A stretch of 64,000 bases of DNA. Origin: Eledone cirrhosa. Taxonomy: Eukaryota. Location: assembly GCA_964016885.1 (NCBI GenBank), contig OZ024766.1:15376001-15440000 (forward strand). The letters run 5' to 3'. Below, in pieces: positions 47,274 to 60,834 of this stretch (its first letter is position 1; the number at the start of each line of letters is the position of its first letter). A program made the translations under genes and the position numbers. The notes beneath the pieces were generated by a model. The model searched no databases. It was given only the letters and a program-made list of their open reading frames with translations, and was not told the origin of the DNA.

Positions 47274-48590
47274 TCTATACTATAAAGCTGATGGCCGTAT
47301 GTAGGTACAAACTTTCCGCCAAACGGCTAGACCAAACAGCACCAAATTTGCTCCATAGATGTAACTTTTTCCAAGTAAAAAAGTGAGGGTATTTTTGTCT
47401 ACTGAATGATTAAAGACATTATTTAAATATTCACTTCTTTAAAATTTCAAACATCAACACTTCCGGTTATACGTCATTCCTCACTTTTCTTATGACGTCA
47501 CACAACATTCCCCTCTTTTTCTTAGTCTGTATGTCTGGCTGTCTGCATTAGATAACGTTTTTCGAAATATTTACTTCTGCGTTCACAGACTGATATTTTT
47601 AGTTTCAGAAGATCCCGTTAAGGGTGAAAGCAGCGATTCTTTGCTTAAACTTTAATCTGTTATTTTAATATATATATTCGTGTACAGATATTTTTGCATA
47701 CACAAAAACAAAAACCTATTTATTTCATGAAAGCACAGACAGCTTATCGTCATTGTTACTGTTCGAGGTTAGAGGACCACAGTCTTTCCAAGATCTGAGA
47801 ACCATCAATCGCCATCAATGTTCCACTTACTGTTAGGCTTGCCAGATGCGTGGTATGTTACATGATGACAGCCATTGACACCTCACCCTACTAAATAGCT
47901 AAAGTCCCTTCTCAGCTGCGAAAACCTTTTGCTATTATGCTGCACAACTGCGATATCGCCGACCCTCTCGCACTGTGGAACAACCACTGCGAAAGTCTAG
48001 CTGAGGACATCCTCCACCGCACACGCAGACACAATCCAAACCTAACATACAATGTCGTTTTCAATGAGGCGCTCATTTGTCTTGAAAACAGAGTCCTGGA
48101 GATTGGTGGTCGGCCTCTAGGCCACTACAGCTTGCCTGCTCCTGACAGGAGTGTCCAGAGGTCAACGTCTACAGAGCTTCTCTGCGAGACGAGCTACGAA
48201 ATCAGTGATTCTCCCATGGTCAATTGTATGTAGGATGCTCTAGGGTTAGCTCACCAAACAATCTTTGCTCCGGAGGGCTGAACAAAAAATATTTTATACT
48301 CTGAGTCTCTAACAATGTAATTTAAATATTTTCTGTTACTTGGAATTTCCATTATGGTTGTACAAATTATTGTTTGTTAAAAAATGTGTTCTCTGTTCAG
48401 CCTTTATTGTTGTAACTATCAATTTTCTTTAACGTACTGGATGCTGAAGTGGGGAATCTTAAAAACTATTGAAACCCAACACCAGAGCACATTACCCCCC
48501 CTCGCTTACTTGAGAGGGCATGCGGTATCTTTCCTGAAAAGATAAAATGCCGGTATACTTAGCCAGACACCAGCCGTAAAGGCCAGCTAG
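47274..48590 (+). mobile_element. Internally deleted Helitron
   Basis: a|TC start and CTAG|t end. Contains RepHel fragments SFQDLRTIN (about 47785), CDIADPLALW...LAEDIL...NEALICLE (47937-48233) and the PIF1 helicase motif FSHGQLYVGCSRV (about 48208-48246). Confidence 0.88.
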
Positions 48591-48959
48591 TAATATATAT
48601 ATATAATAAATATATAATATATATATAATTGTTTCTACTTTTGGCACAAGGCCAGCAATTACACAGTTCATTACTGGTACTTTATTTTATCGACCCACTA
48701 AGGATGAAAGGCAAAGTTAACCTTGACGGCATTTGAACTCAGGCCGTAAAGGGACATAACTATGCTGGAAAGCATGGCGTCCGACCCTCTACCGATACTG
48801 CCAATTCACCGCCCCTATATATATATATATATATATTTCTCACTCTTAGTGCGGCTGTTACTTAAATATAAAGTATGTATACATACATACATATATGTAT
48901 ACAGGCGTACAGTAGTATGTATATATATATATATACATATATGCACACATATATATATG

Positions 48960-51900
48960 TACGTATGGCACTCAATGACAATGTCACAGACAAAGACAAA
49001 TTCACCTCCTGCTGCAAGACGAGAATACAAGGACCCCTCTTTATTTCAGACACAGATGACCAACAAAATCCCGTCTCCCACACCCCTCCCTGCCCCTCCA
49101 ACCCATCCATCCCACCCTCCCAACTTCAGAGTTGGTACCATGAACGTAGGCACATTGAAAGGTCGCTCAAATGAGGTTGTAGAGATGCTTGAACGTAAAG
49201 AAGTTGATGTTTGTTGTATTCAAGAGGCTAGGTGGGGAGGGGGATCTGCCAAATTCATCGTGGGTAAAGAACGATGCTATAAACTTTTCTGGGTGGGAAA
49301 TGACAACGGACAGGGTAGTGTAGGAATTATGTTAGCTGAAAAATGGGTAGATAAGGTAATGACGTAAATATAGTGAATGACAGAATAATTGAATTAAGAC
49401 TAGTTCTAAATAGAATTACTATGACAATAATATCCGCTTATGCACCCCAATCTGGTCTACCTGATGTTATAAAGGACAGGTTCTATTAGATGCTAATGCA
49501 CACTACCTCCCAAATAACCGACAGCGACTACTTAATTATTGCTAGCGATCTAAACAGTCACGTTGGACAACATAGTGATGGCTATGATGGAATCCATGGA
49601 GGTTGGAAATAGAAATGAGGAGGGTTTCAGAATCCTGGAATTCTGTGATGCAAATAGCCTAACTATATGTAACACAAACTTCAAAAAACGTGAAAACCAC
49701 TTGATCACCTATAGATCAGGGGAACACGCCAGCCAGATAGATTATATCCTTACTAGAAGACGGGACAAAATGTCTGTTGTAAACTCTAAATCCCTCCCCC
49801 GTGAAGAATGCCCCTCCCAACATCGCCTAGTAGTTAGTGACCTCATAGTCAGGAATAGACGTACTCGACTACAGAGGAGGCCTACCTTGAGGAGAAGAAT
49901 ATGGAAGTTGAAGGACCCCATAGCCAGTGACAAATTTAAAAGCTTATTATTTGTTGCCTTTGACAATAAGGAAGAGCAATTAGAGACGTGCAATAGAGAG
50001 GAACAGTGGCAATTCTTGAAAGTGAACCTGCTGAAAGCAACGGATGAAATCTGTGGCTGGAGCAGACCTATTGGCAGGAGGAGAGTAACTTGGTGGTGGA
50101 ACAGTGAGGTGGAAGAGACAATCAAGGGAAAAAAGCAGGCTTGGAAAGAATGGCAGGATGGGGGAAGTAGAGAGCACTATCAAGTGGCCAGGAGAGAAGC
50201 TAGGAGACAAGTGTACCTTGCAAAAAGGGTAGCAGAGGATAGAAAGTTCAAGCATGTTCTGCAACGTGAGGACCAAAAACGTGAGGTGTTCAGGATTGCT
50301 AGACAATGTGTCAAGGAAAACCGTGATATTGTCGGGGAGAAGTGTGTCCGTAATGATAATGGTGTACTTGCGCTCATTGATACTGATAAGCCTGGAAGTG
50401 TCACTACGAGAGACTATTAAATGAGGAGAATAAGTGGGAAAAAGATAGTCTGCCCCAAATCGATCCAATGGTGCAAGGTAAAGGTAGTATAATAAGTAAG
50501 GCAATCAAAGATATGAAGGCAGGCAAGGCAACTGGCCCTTCGGAGGTAGTTGCTGAGATGTTGAAGGCATCTGGTATGGCGGGACACACTATGGTCACCC
50601 GTATAGTTAACCAAGTAATACAGAATGGGGTCATACCGAAAGACTGGCGTAGCAGCATCATCATTAACTGCTACAAGGGTAAAGGGGATGCTCTAGATAG
50701 GGGAAACTATAGAGGCATTAAGTTATTTGATCAGGTCATGAAGGTCACAGAAAGAGTAATAGCGCAACTAATCAGAGAGCGAATTGATCTAGATGAAATG
50801 CAGTTTGGGTTTGTGTCAGGTAAAAGTACCACAGACGCTCTTTTCCTTGTACGACAACTACAAGAGAAGTACCTAGCTAAAAGTAAACCCCTCTACTTTG
50901 CTTTTGTAGACTTGGAGAAAGCTTTTGACAGAGTCCCCCGCTCCATTATCTGGTGGGCTCTTAGAAAACTAGATGTAGATGAATGGCTGGTGAGAGCTAT
51001 ACAAGCTATGTATAAACAGTCAGTAAGGTTAGAATTAACAATGAATATTGTGAAGAATTTAGTGTAAAAGTTGGCGTTCATCAAGGCTCTGTCCTTAGCC
51101 CCCTCTTATTTATTATTGCCCTTCAGGCTATAACAGAGGAGCTCAAGACCCGCTGCCCATGGGAACTCCTATACGCAGATGATCTAATGCTCATAGTTGA
51201 ATCAATGGCTGAACTAGAGAAGAAATTCGAAACATGGAAGCATGGCCTAGAATCAAAAGGCCTTAAAGTTAACTTGTCTAAGACTAAAGTTCTAGTTTGT
51301 AGAAAGGAAAATAGGGCACAGGTGCCCTCAAGGAAATGGCCATGCTCAGTGTGTAGGAAAGGAGTAGGCAGAAATTCCATTTTATGTCCCAAATGCAAAG
51401 TATGGGTACATAAAAGATGTAGTGGGATCACAGGTAAACTATCTAAGAACGTAGACTTTATATGTGGCCAATGCTCAGGTGCAATAAGTAGCAAGTGTAC
51501 AAAGGATACTAGCTCCTTCTATTGCCTTGATGGTTCTATAGAAATAGTAGACACTTTCCGTTACCTGGGTGACGAAATCAACAGTGGTGGAGGGTGTTCT
51601 GAAAGTACAGTAGCCAGAGTCAGAACGGGATGGAAAAAGTTCAGAGTGCTTATACTGCTGTTGGCCACAAAAGGTTTCTCTCTAAAAATGAAAGGCAGAT
51701 TGTATGATGCATGTATACGAACATCAATGCTACATGGCAGTGAGACATGGGCATTACCTGCAGAGGACCTGCGTAGTCTGGAAAGGAATGAAGCATGCAT
51801 GCTCCGTTGGATGTGTAATAGTAATATACGTGAACGGCAAAGCATATATGAACTAAGTGAGAAATTAGGAATAAGAGGGATCAGATGCTGTTTACTTGAG

Positions 51901-52486
51901 AGAAGACTACATTGGTATGGCCATGTGATGCTCATGAAAGACGACAGTTGTATAAAAAAGTGCAGGGCGATCAAAATTGATGGTAGTTACGGTAAACCCA
52001 GAAAAACCTGGGATGATCTGATAAATTCCGACCTTACACACTTACATCTCTCTAAGACAATGTCTCTGGACTGAGATCTTTGGTACTATGCAGTAATAGA
52101 GAAGACCCGCCTTGCCTATGTACAAAGTGAAACCTACAGTCAGTAGGCACCTCTTAACCAAATATACACCCCAATAAACTACCCCTACCCTATCCTCCCA
52201 CTCCCACCAACAGTATGAGAAAATGAGATCGAGTTCGTGTAGGTGTCACGGAAAAAAAAAAAAAAACACACAGTCCACGCTGTAATGTGGTCGTGTAGGT
52301 AACACGGTAAAAAGTTCCCAGTTCTACACTGTAAATGTGGTTGGTGTTAGGAAGGGCAGCCAGCCGTAGAAAACCTGCCAGATAGTTCTATATGAGTGAG
52401 ATACGGTCACCCGACCAGCCTTGCCTCAACTCCCGTCTAACCCATGCTAGCGTGGAAAATGGACGTTAAACGAAGATGATGATGAT
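48960..52486 (+). mobile_element. RTE-clade LINE copy C, near full length, multiply frameshifted
   Basis: APE (VGTMNVGTL, SQIDY, QHRLV), RT (DLEKAFD, YADD), Cys-rich C-terminus, 3' UTR ending in (gat)n. Confidence 0.93.
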
Positions 52487-52953
52487 ATATATAGGAAATT
52501 GTATGACCTCGACAGTAGAGCTCAAGCCGTTTCGACGGCTATTTCTGGACTAAATTAGAATTTTTAGCCTGGTAAATAAATAGCCCAACTTTTCAAGGAG
52601 TACTTCCTTATATGGGAAGATTGTAGCTGTCAAGAGGATTGGTCAAAAATTCCTGGTAAACACAATTAAGTCTATCATGGCAGTGGGTGGGAGGTGGGGA
52701 TGGCTGAACTTGCCTGTAGAGCAATGAGGGAGTGGGGGAGCCGGTCAAGCGTTGAAAGTGAAATCTAAACAGCAAATTCTAAGGATTGTGTATGAAAGTA
52801 GGCCAACTTTCATACTTTCCACCATGGCGATTGGACTGCATACCCTGCTTTCCAGGTTACTCTTTGCCACTGATATATATATATTTATATATTGAGTACT
52901 CTGGTGCATTATGGTCCTTCTGGTTCCTTACCACACCTCCTTTGTTATATATA

Positions 52954-55900
52954 TATAACGGCGGCAAAGATTGGAAACCGAATCTGAGCTTTCCCACCTC
53001 TGGAACAAGCCATGGTAAGTTGTTTACGCTCAAGAGACTAACCCCTTGGGAGAGGCTAAACACAGGTCAGAGGTGTTTAAGCCTGACAGAAAATAGGTCA
53101 GAGGATATATCCATCTTTCTGAGTTGTTTACGCTTGGCAAACTAATCCCTTGGGAGACGCTAACCAAAGTTCAGAGGATATATCTATCCTTCTAACTTCA
53201 ACTCTTATAAATACAGGGGTTGTTTACGCCCCGACAGAAAAGAAGTGATATACAGACAACACAAGTGGCCTTTACAAGCTCTCGTCACGAAATACACCAG
53301 TCCGTCACTAATTTCCTCTCCTGCCTGGCTGATCGATACAACCACATATTCCGTTACAACTGGTGACCCCGTAAAACAGACACACAACTTCTGATCATCC
53401 ACTACAAACGATGTCTCTAGCACACGACGATTCATCTACGGCAGAAATGGCAGTGAGGGTGGCATTTACATTAAGAATTCCACCATTCTGGGTGCACGAT
53501 CTAACACTGTGGTTCGCGCACATCCAAGCGCAGTTCGCATAATAACACACGGCCCACCTGTCGCTGCACGACCTAGAAGGCTACCACCAGACCGGCTGAA
53601 GTCCGTCAAACAAGAATTTCAGCACATGCTGGATCTCGGCATCATACGTCCGTCCAGCAGCAACTGGTCCTCACCCATACACTGTGTACCCAAGAAGTCG
53701 TCGAACGACTGGCGAATCTGTGGCGACTACCGTGCACTAAACAACTGCACCGTTCCTAACTCTTATCCAGTGCCTCATCTACAGGACTTCTCTCTAGCTC
53801 GCTGCACGGGGCTCGCATATTTTCGAAGATCGATCTTGTGCGAGCTTACAATCAGATACCCGTTGAGCCCGCAGATATTCCAAAGACCGCCGTCACAACA
53901 CCCTTTGGAATGTTCGAATTTCTGCGTATGCCTTTCGGTTTGCGAAATGCAGCGCAAACATTCCAGCGATTCATGATACAGTCACCAGGGGTCTACCTTT
54001 TGTATACGCATACATTGGCGACTTACTGGTGGCCAGCAGCTCCGATGAAGCACATGAGAAACACCTGGATCTCCTATTCACACGTTTGCGTGAATATGGA
54101 ATTGTTATCAACCCCAGCAAATGTGAGTTCGGAGTTGCGTCCCTTCATTTTCTGGGACACATCATTGACAAAGATGGTATTCGCCCACTTAAGGAGAAAG
54201 TCAAATCCATCATTGATTTTCCACAACCTATATCTCTCCGCAAACTGCGAGAATTTCTTGGCCTGGTAAACTTCTACAGAAGATTTATACCCCACTGTGC
54301 AGAGACAGCCCAACCACTCACAGATTTGCTGCGGCAGCGTACAACCAAAAACGCAAACATCAAGCTCAGCGAAAAAGAAGGTACCGCTTTCGCTGAGTTG
54401 AAGAAAATGTTGTCCGAGGCTACAATGCTGAGTTACCCCAAACCTGACGCCCCAATGTGTTTATTGACTGATGCATCCGATTTCGGAGTTGGAGGTGTGC
54501 TTCAACAACTCTCTGGCGAAAACCCGCCGAAACTAAGTACAGCACATTTAGTCGTGAATTATTGGCAGCATACCTTGCTGTCAAGCATTTTCGACACATG
54601 CTAAAAGGTTGTGTGTTCTCTATATACACCGACACAAACCACTAGTGTACGCGTTCAATGCCAAGCCTGACCGACACTCACCCAGGGAGGTCCGACATCT
54701 GGACTTCATTTCTCAGTACACTACTGATATTCGGTACATTAAGGGTGCCACCAACTCAGCAGCTGATGCCCTATCGTGCATGGAGCTTAACGCAATCCAC
54801 ACCACTGCCACTATCGACCTCCAGAAGATTGCAGCGGATCAACAGAATGACGAGGAACTGCTGCAACTCCGGAAATCATCCTTGAAATTGAAGGAATGCC
54901 CGCTGCCCTCTTCTTCGGGTTATATTTGGTGTGACATCTCCACAGGCCGCGAGCGCCCATATGTGCCCCGGAAACATCAACGCGACGTTTTCTCGACACA
55001 GCATTCTCTGGCACATCCTGGCATCTATGCCACGCAGAAACTGATGGTTGCCCGCTTTGTGTGGCCCAACATCAACAAGGACACCCGCGAATGGGCTAGG
55101 AACTGCATCGCATGCCAGAAGGCGAAAATTCACCGGCACATCAAAGCCCCGATCGCTTCTTTCGCAACACCTGATGCACGGTTCCAACATGTGCATATAG
55201 ACATAGTTGGACCTTTTCCCCCTTCTCAAAACTACACTCATCTTCTCACCTGTGTCGACCGATTTTCTCGCTGGCCAGAAGCTTTTCCCCTGACGGATAT
55301 TACTGCGGAAACTGTCGCCAAAACGTTAGTGTTTCACTGGGTTTCGCGTTTCGGCACACCCGTGACCATCACTACGGATAGAGGACGTCAGTTCGATTCG
55401 AACCTATTTACCGAGCTGACTCGTCTCCTCGGGTGCAAACACATCCGTACAACAGCGTATCACCCTGCCGCTAACGGCATGGTAGAACGCTTACACCGCC
55501 AGCTAAAAGCATCTATCAAGGCTTACGAAGACTCCACTAACTGGTTCGAATACCTCCCACTCATTCTTCTTGGTATTCGTTCCACTGTTAAAGAGGGAGC
55601 CGGACATTCTCCGGCTGAAATGGTGTATAGCACCGTACTCACTCTACCCGGACAAATGATCACACCTGTTTCGCCACAAGAACTTCCAGACCCTACAAAA
55701 TACGTGCACCGTTTATGGTCATCAATGTCGCATCTGTCTCCTTCAGCCCCTAAACAACAGCACGTTACTTCACACATACCAAAAGACATCGATACATGGA
55801 CGCATGTTTTCGTTAGAAATGACGGTATTCCATCGCAACTTCGTCCGCCGTATTCCGTCCGGGCCCTACAAGGTGATACAGAAATGCTCTAAGTATTTCG

Positions 55901-57245
55901 TCTTCGACTTGAACGGGAAGCGAAATACCGTCTCCATTGATCGTTTAAAAAAAGCGTTCATAGAACAGGAATTGCCACCAGTACCCACCGTTTCTCCAGC
56001 AGACTCACCAACAATTTTGCCCGACACAAACACGGCAAATTCTGCACAACCCCGACACACCAAATCCGGAAGAACAGTCCGATGGCCCACGCCATGGGAT
56101 ACGTACAAGTTTATCGGGTAAGTACAAATTATGCATCTGGTCGACATTTCGGCTAATTTGTACATTTCAACGAATTGGCCAATTTCTGTGGTCATGAACT
56201 ATTGCTACACACAAATCAATTAACTCTGTGCATCACCCACATCAAAAGAACAGACAAAACATTTTCCCGTTTCTATGAAATGAACGAACTTTTAATCAAC
56301 AAACTTTTCGTACGAACATTTTCAATATTATGTAACATCACAGTACATTTTCCTGCATATAAATTCCTTTTGGTTTGCATGCTTTCTTTCATGTCTCCTG
56401 TTTGTAAATGACTTTCATGTGTTTTTTTATTTTTACTGATTTTCTTCAACAACACACCTAGTCATACCTATCTTCATTTCACATGCACCTAGATCGTTCA
56501 ATCTTAGCTTTCTCACTGGAAGGGGGGTACTATAACGGCGGCGAAGATTCGAAACCGAATCTGAGCTTTCCCGCCTCTGGGACAAGCCGTGGTAACTTGT
56601 TTACGCCCAAGAGACTAACCCCTTGGGAGAGGCTAAACGCAGGTCAGAGGTGTTTACGCCTGACAGAAAATAGGTCAGAGGATATATCCATCTTTATGAC
56701 TTGTTTACGCTTGGCAAACTAATCCCTTGGGAGACTAACCAAAGTTTAGAGGATATATCTATCCTTCTAAATTCAACTCTTATAAAGACAGGGATTGTTT
56801 ACGCCAAAAACAGAAAAGAAGTGGGATACAGACAAGACAAGACGTTTTACAAGCTCTCGTCACGAAAAACCAGTCTACCACTTATTCTCACCTTCCTGGC
56901 TGATCGCTGACTCCTGCAATACAAATAAGTAAATATACTGATACGCCGCACACACGCATTCATAGTGAGTCCAGCATTTGTACACGTATCATTCATTTCT
57001 GTTTACACGTATTATAATCGTATTCTGTGATATTTGAATTTACGTGGCTTGAAGAGCCACCAAATTATTGTATGAATATTTTGTGTCAATTATTTTATCA
57101 TTCAATATTCAAATTGAATATTGTTGTAATAAAATAAACTTTGTAACAACACTCCTGGTATTTTTCTTTACACCGAAACCACCATACCAACAGTTACATC
57201 CATCCATCCACTTGTCGTTACAACCACACATAATATTCCGTTACA
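52954..57245 (+). mobile_element. Defective Ty3/Gypsy LTR retrotransposon
   Basis: 5' LTR 52954-53358, PBS tggtgaccccg at 53361-53371 (tRNA-Trp-like), gag start at 53411 (IPPFW...WFAHIQAQF), RT/RNase H fragments, integrase (HHCC; HIDIVG, TTDRG, NGMVER), PPT ggaagggggg, 3' LTR 56531-57245. Confidence 0.92.
54609..55892 (+). pseudogene. Gypsy pol remnant: end of RNase H plus integrase
   Basis: ADALS, HSLAHPG...CIACQ, and DDE motifs in the 427-aa ORF. Confidence 0.88.
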
Positions 57246-57384
57246 CCTCCGTCTATATTTCAACCACTGGAACAACCTCACACAAGAAACAGTTGTCGCA
57301 CCCTCAGTCAACATTTTAATGTCAAACATCGAAATAAATGTTATGAGTGTATATAGATAAATGTATATTGTGTGTGTATATATA

Positions 57385-57540
57385 CAGTAATCCCCCGCTA
57401 TATCGCGGTTCACTTTTCGCAGTCCCGTTACATCGCGGATATTTCTTTGGAACGTATCTAATTTCCTATCGCGGTAATCCTCGCCACATCGCGGATTATT
57501 CGTTAGAACATATCTATTTTCTTATCGCGGTACGTCTGAG
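57385..57540. mobile_element. Left end of a Tigger/pogo-like MITE
   Basis: ta|cagtaatcccccgctatatcgcgg with repeated atcgcgg motifs. Right end not found. Confidence 0.5.
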
Positions 57541-57979
57541 TAAAAAGTGTTTAAAATTTAAACTTATTAAATAAGTTTCGATATTATTAAAGAGTATATC
57601 GTAAGGAAGGGACATCTTAAGGCTTTAATTATGAACAAATTTTTATATTTTCATTCCATTATTGTTTTACTGATTGTGTTTTGCTCTAATCTACTACAAA
57701 CCCTTCATAGATTGGTCTCTCTGTAACATGGTTGTTTCTGGAACGTATCATGGCTTAGTGGTTAAAGCATTGGGCTTGCAATCTAAAGGTTGTGAGTTCG
57801 ATTCTCGGACAGGGTGTTGTGTTGTGTCCTTGAGCAAGACACTTTATTTCACGTTACTCCAGTTTACTCAGCTGTAGAAATGAGTTGTGATGTCACTGGT
57901 GCCAAGCTATATCAGTCATAACCTTTCTCTTGGACATATATATAGTGTATATATACTGTACACAGTGTATATATATCTA

Positions 57980-59420
57980 TATCATCATCACTGTTTTATG
58001 TCCCTTCTTCCATGGTAGTATGGTTTAGACAGGTTGTCCTGTTGTGGGCAGTGCCAGATAGGGTGACCTTGTCTTGCTCAGATGGGAACCGATTTCGGCT
58101 TGATTTCCACAGCTGGATGTCTATGTGCTTCAGCTTGTACCCAGGGCCTACAACACAACCTCCTCTGCTGCACACAGCATTTGATTCCTCTTATGTTCAG
58201 TCTCTCCCTCAATTTGTTAATGCTTTACCGTTCGCGTATATTACTATTACACGTCCATCGGAGCATGCAAGCTTCGTTTCTTTCTAATCTACGCAAGTCT
58301 TCTACAGACAGTGCCCAGGTCTCACTACCATGTAGCATTGCTGTTCGTATGCACGCATCATACTGTCTGCCTTTCATTTTGAGGGAAAAGCCTTTTGCAG
58401 CTAGCAGTGGCAGTAGCTCCCTAAACTTCTTCAATCCTGTTACTGTACTTTCAGAACACCCACCTCCGCTGCTCATTTCGTCACCTAGGTAGCAAAAGCT
58501 GTCTACTGTTTCTACAGATCTCTCCCAGAGTTTGGTGGTGCTTGTTTCTTTAGTTCTGCCATAGATTCAGCTATAAGTGTAAGATCATCCGCATATAGGA
58601 GTTCCTATGGGCATCAGGTCTTAAACTCCTCTGTTATAGCCTGCATTACTATTATAAACAGAAGAAGGTTAAGAACAGAGCCCTGGTGGACACCGACCTG
58701 TATGCTAGATTCCTCGCTATAGTAATTGTTAACTCTAACTTTGCTTACTGCTCCCCTATACATGGCTTGTACAGCTTTCACAAGCCACTAATCTACTCTT
58801 AGTTTTCTAAGAGCCCACCAGATTATAGCACGGAGCACTCTGTTGAAGAATTTTTCCATATCGACAAGAGCCAGGTAGAGCGGCTTGCTTTTAGCTAGGT
58901 ACTTTACCTGTAACTGCCTCACAAGGAAGAGAGCATCAGTGGTGCTTTTTCCTGGCACAAGCCCAAACTGCATCTCACCTAGTTTTACCCACTCCCTGAT
59001 CAACTGTGCTATGACTCTTTCGATTACTTTCATGACCTGGTCCATCAGCTTCATACCTCTATAGTTTATTCTATCTAGTGCATCTACTTTACCCTTGTAG
59101 CAGTTGACGATGATGCTGCTGCACCAATCCTTTGGTATGACACCCTCTAGTATTACCTGGTTAACAATATGTGTGGTTATTACTTTATCTACCCATTTGT
59201 CAGCTAATAGTATACCTACACCACCCATCCCATTGTCATTTCCCACCCAGAAAAATTTATAGCACTAACTTTTGCCTACAAGGACTCTAGCGAACTCTCC
59301 TCTCCACCTAGTCTCTTGCACACAGCATACGTCAATATCCTTTCTCTCTAGCATGTCTATAATTTCTCCTTCCCTTCCTTTCATTGTGCTTATGTTGATG
59401 CTGCCAACTCAGAGTTTTGA
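57980..59420 (-). mobile_element. RTE-clade LINE copy D, older and heavily deleted
   Basis: ORF 58788-59246 fuses the APE N-terminus to RT. ORF 58225-58476 has AMLHGSETW. Confidence 0.85.
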
Positions 59421-59608
59421 ACATTTGCCATCATTTGTGGGAGAGGGTGAATTTTTGCAGGGGAGTGTGTATGCTTCCTGTCTCTGAATTAAAGCTTTGC
59501 ATGGGTGCTTGGTAACTCGCAGATTCATATTCATTTATTTATTCGGGGTTGTTCCATTTATCCTTCGCTCCTCCATACATAATAGTAATAAAGTATTCTT
59601 TGGTGCAG

Positions 59609-59950
59609 GGCTAGAAGGACAGTAGTAGTAATGGCAAAGTTTGTTGGGGCTGGTAAGGGCTAGAAGCACAGTAGTAGTAATGGCAGAGTTTGTTGGGGCT
59701 GGTAACGGCTAGAAGGACAGTAGTAGTAATGACAGAGTTTGTTGGGGCTGGTAACGGCTAGAAGGACAGTAGTAGTAATGGCAGAGTTTGTTGGGGCTGG
59801 TAACGGCTAGAAGGACAGTAGTAGTAATGGCAGAGTTTGTTGGGGCTGGTAACGGCTAGAAGGACAGTAGTAGTAATGGCAGAGTTTGTTGGGGCTGGTA
59901 ACGGCTAGAAGGACAGTAGTAGTAATGGCAGAGTTTGTTGGGGCTGGTAA
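59609..59950. repeat. 49-bp minisatellite, 7 units (ggctagaaggacagtagtagtaatggcagagtttgttggggctggtaac)
   Basis: Directly visible. Confidence 0.95.
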
Positions 59951-60834
59951 TGGGTAAGGACATGTTGCTGTGGTTTGATTGGTCAAATAGCCAATGGTGG
60001 TGAGTGGGAAATTGTGAGATAGGTAGCCATCATGACATATATCATCACAGGAGATTCGGGGGAAATAAGCAGATATAAGTAGGCCTATTAGAAAAGGCAG
60101 ATATGCAAGAATTTCGAAGATTGTCACCTAGCTTTGAGAGAAAGGAGAGGTAATTGCAGGGGTTAGGGATGAATTTGTAGAGAAAGACACAATGTCCAAC
60201 ATGGTTTATATCAAAAACAAGGTCGAAGTATATACATTGTGGAAACAAGTGAATGATAATAATAATAATAATGTAAACAGAACATTTTGAAATTGGGGAA
60301 GAGAGATAGCTGTAGAATAGAAATAATCTATGGAAGTCTGGGATATAAGTTATATATATATATGTTGTGATGTCACTGGTGCCAAGCTGTATCAGCCATT
60401 GCCTTTCCCTTGGACAACATATATAGCGTATTATATATATTGTACACTGTGTATATATAATATATATATTGTGTATATATACTGTAGACAGTGTATATAT
60501 GATATATATATAGTATATATATATGTAGTGATGTAACTGGTACCAAGCTGTATCAGCTATTACCTTTCCCTTGGACAACATCGGTGGCGTGGAGAGAGTA
60601 GACTGGTATACTTGGGTGACTGCTGGACTTGTGCCTCAGAGGGGAACTTTCTAGTTGCAAATCACATGGTCATTCTTGACCGACAGAGGTCTTCGATATG
60701 TTAGGTGTGTATATATAGATGTGTATTGATGTCCATGTGGGAGTCATTGATACCAATGCTAGGGATGGCTGGTCTTCTATATTACTGTATAACACCAAAG
60801 ATCTCGATCCTGTGTCATTGTCTTTGAGAAGTGC

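Noticed and set aside
52786-53145. ORFs at 52786-53145 and 56483-56722 with similar translations
   Set aside because: The similarity comes from the two LTR copies, not from a gene.
57150-57310. Cys/Gly-rich minus-strand reading (MCGCNDKWMDGCNCWYGG) as a further EGF exon
   Set aside because: It overlaps the Gypsy 3' LTR end, and has no EGF spacing or convincing splice sites.
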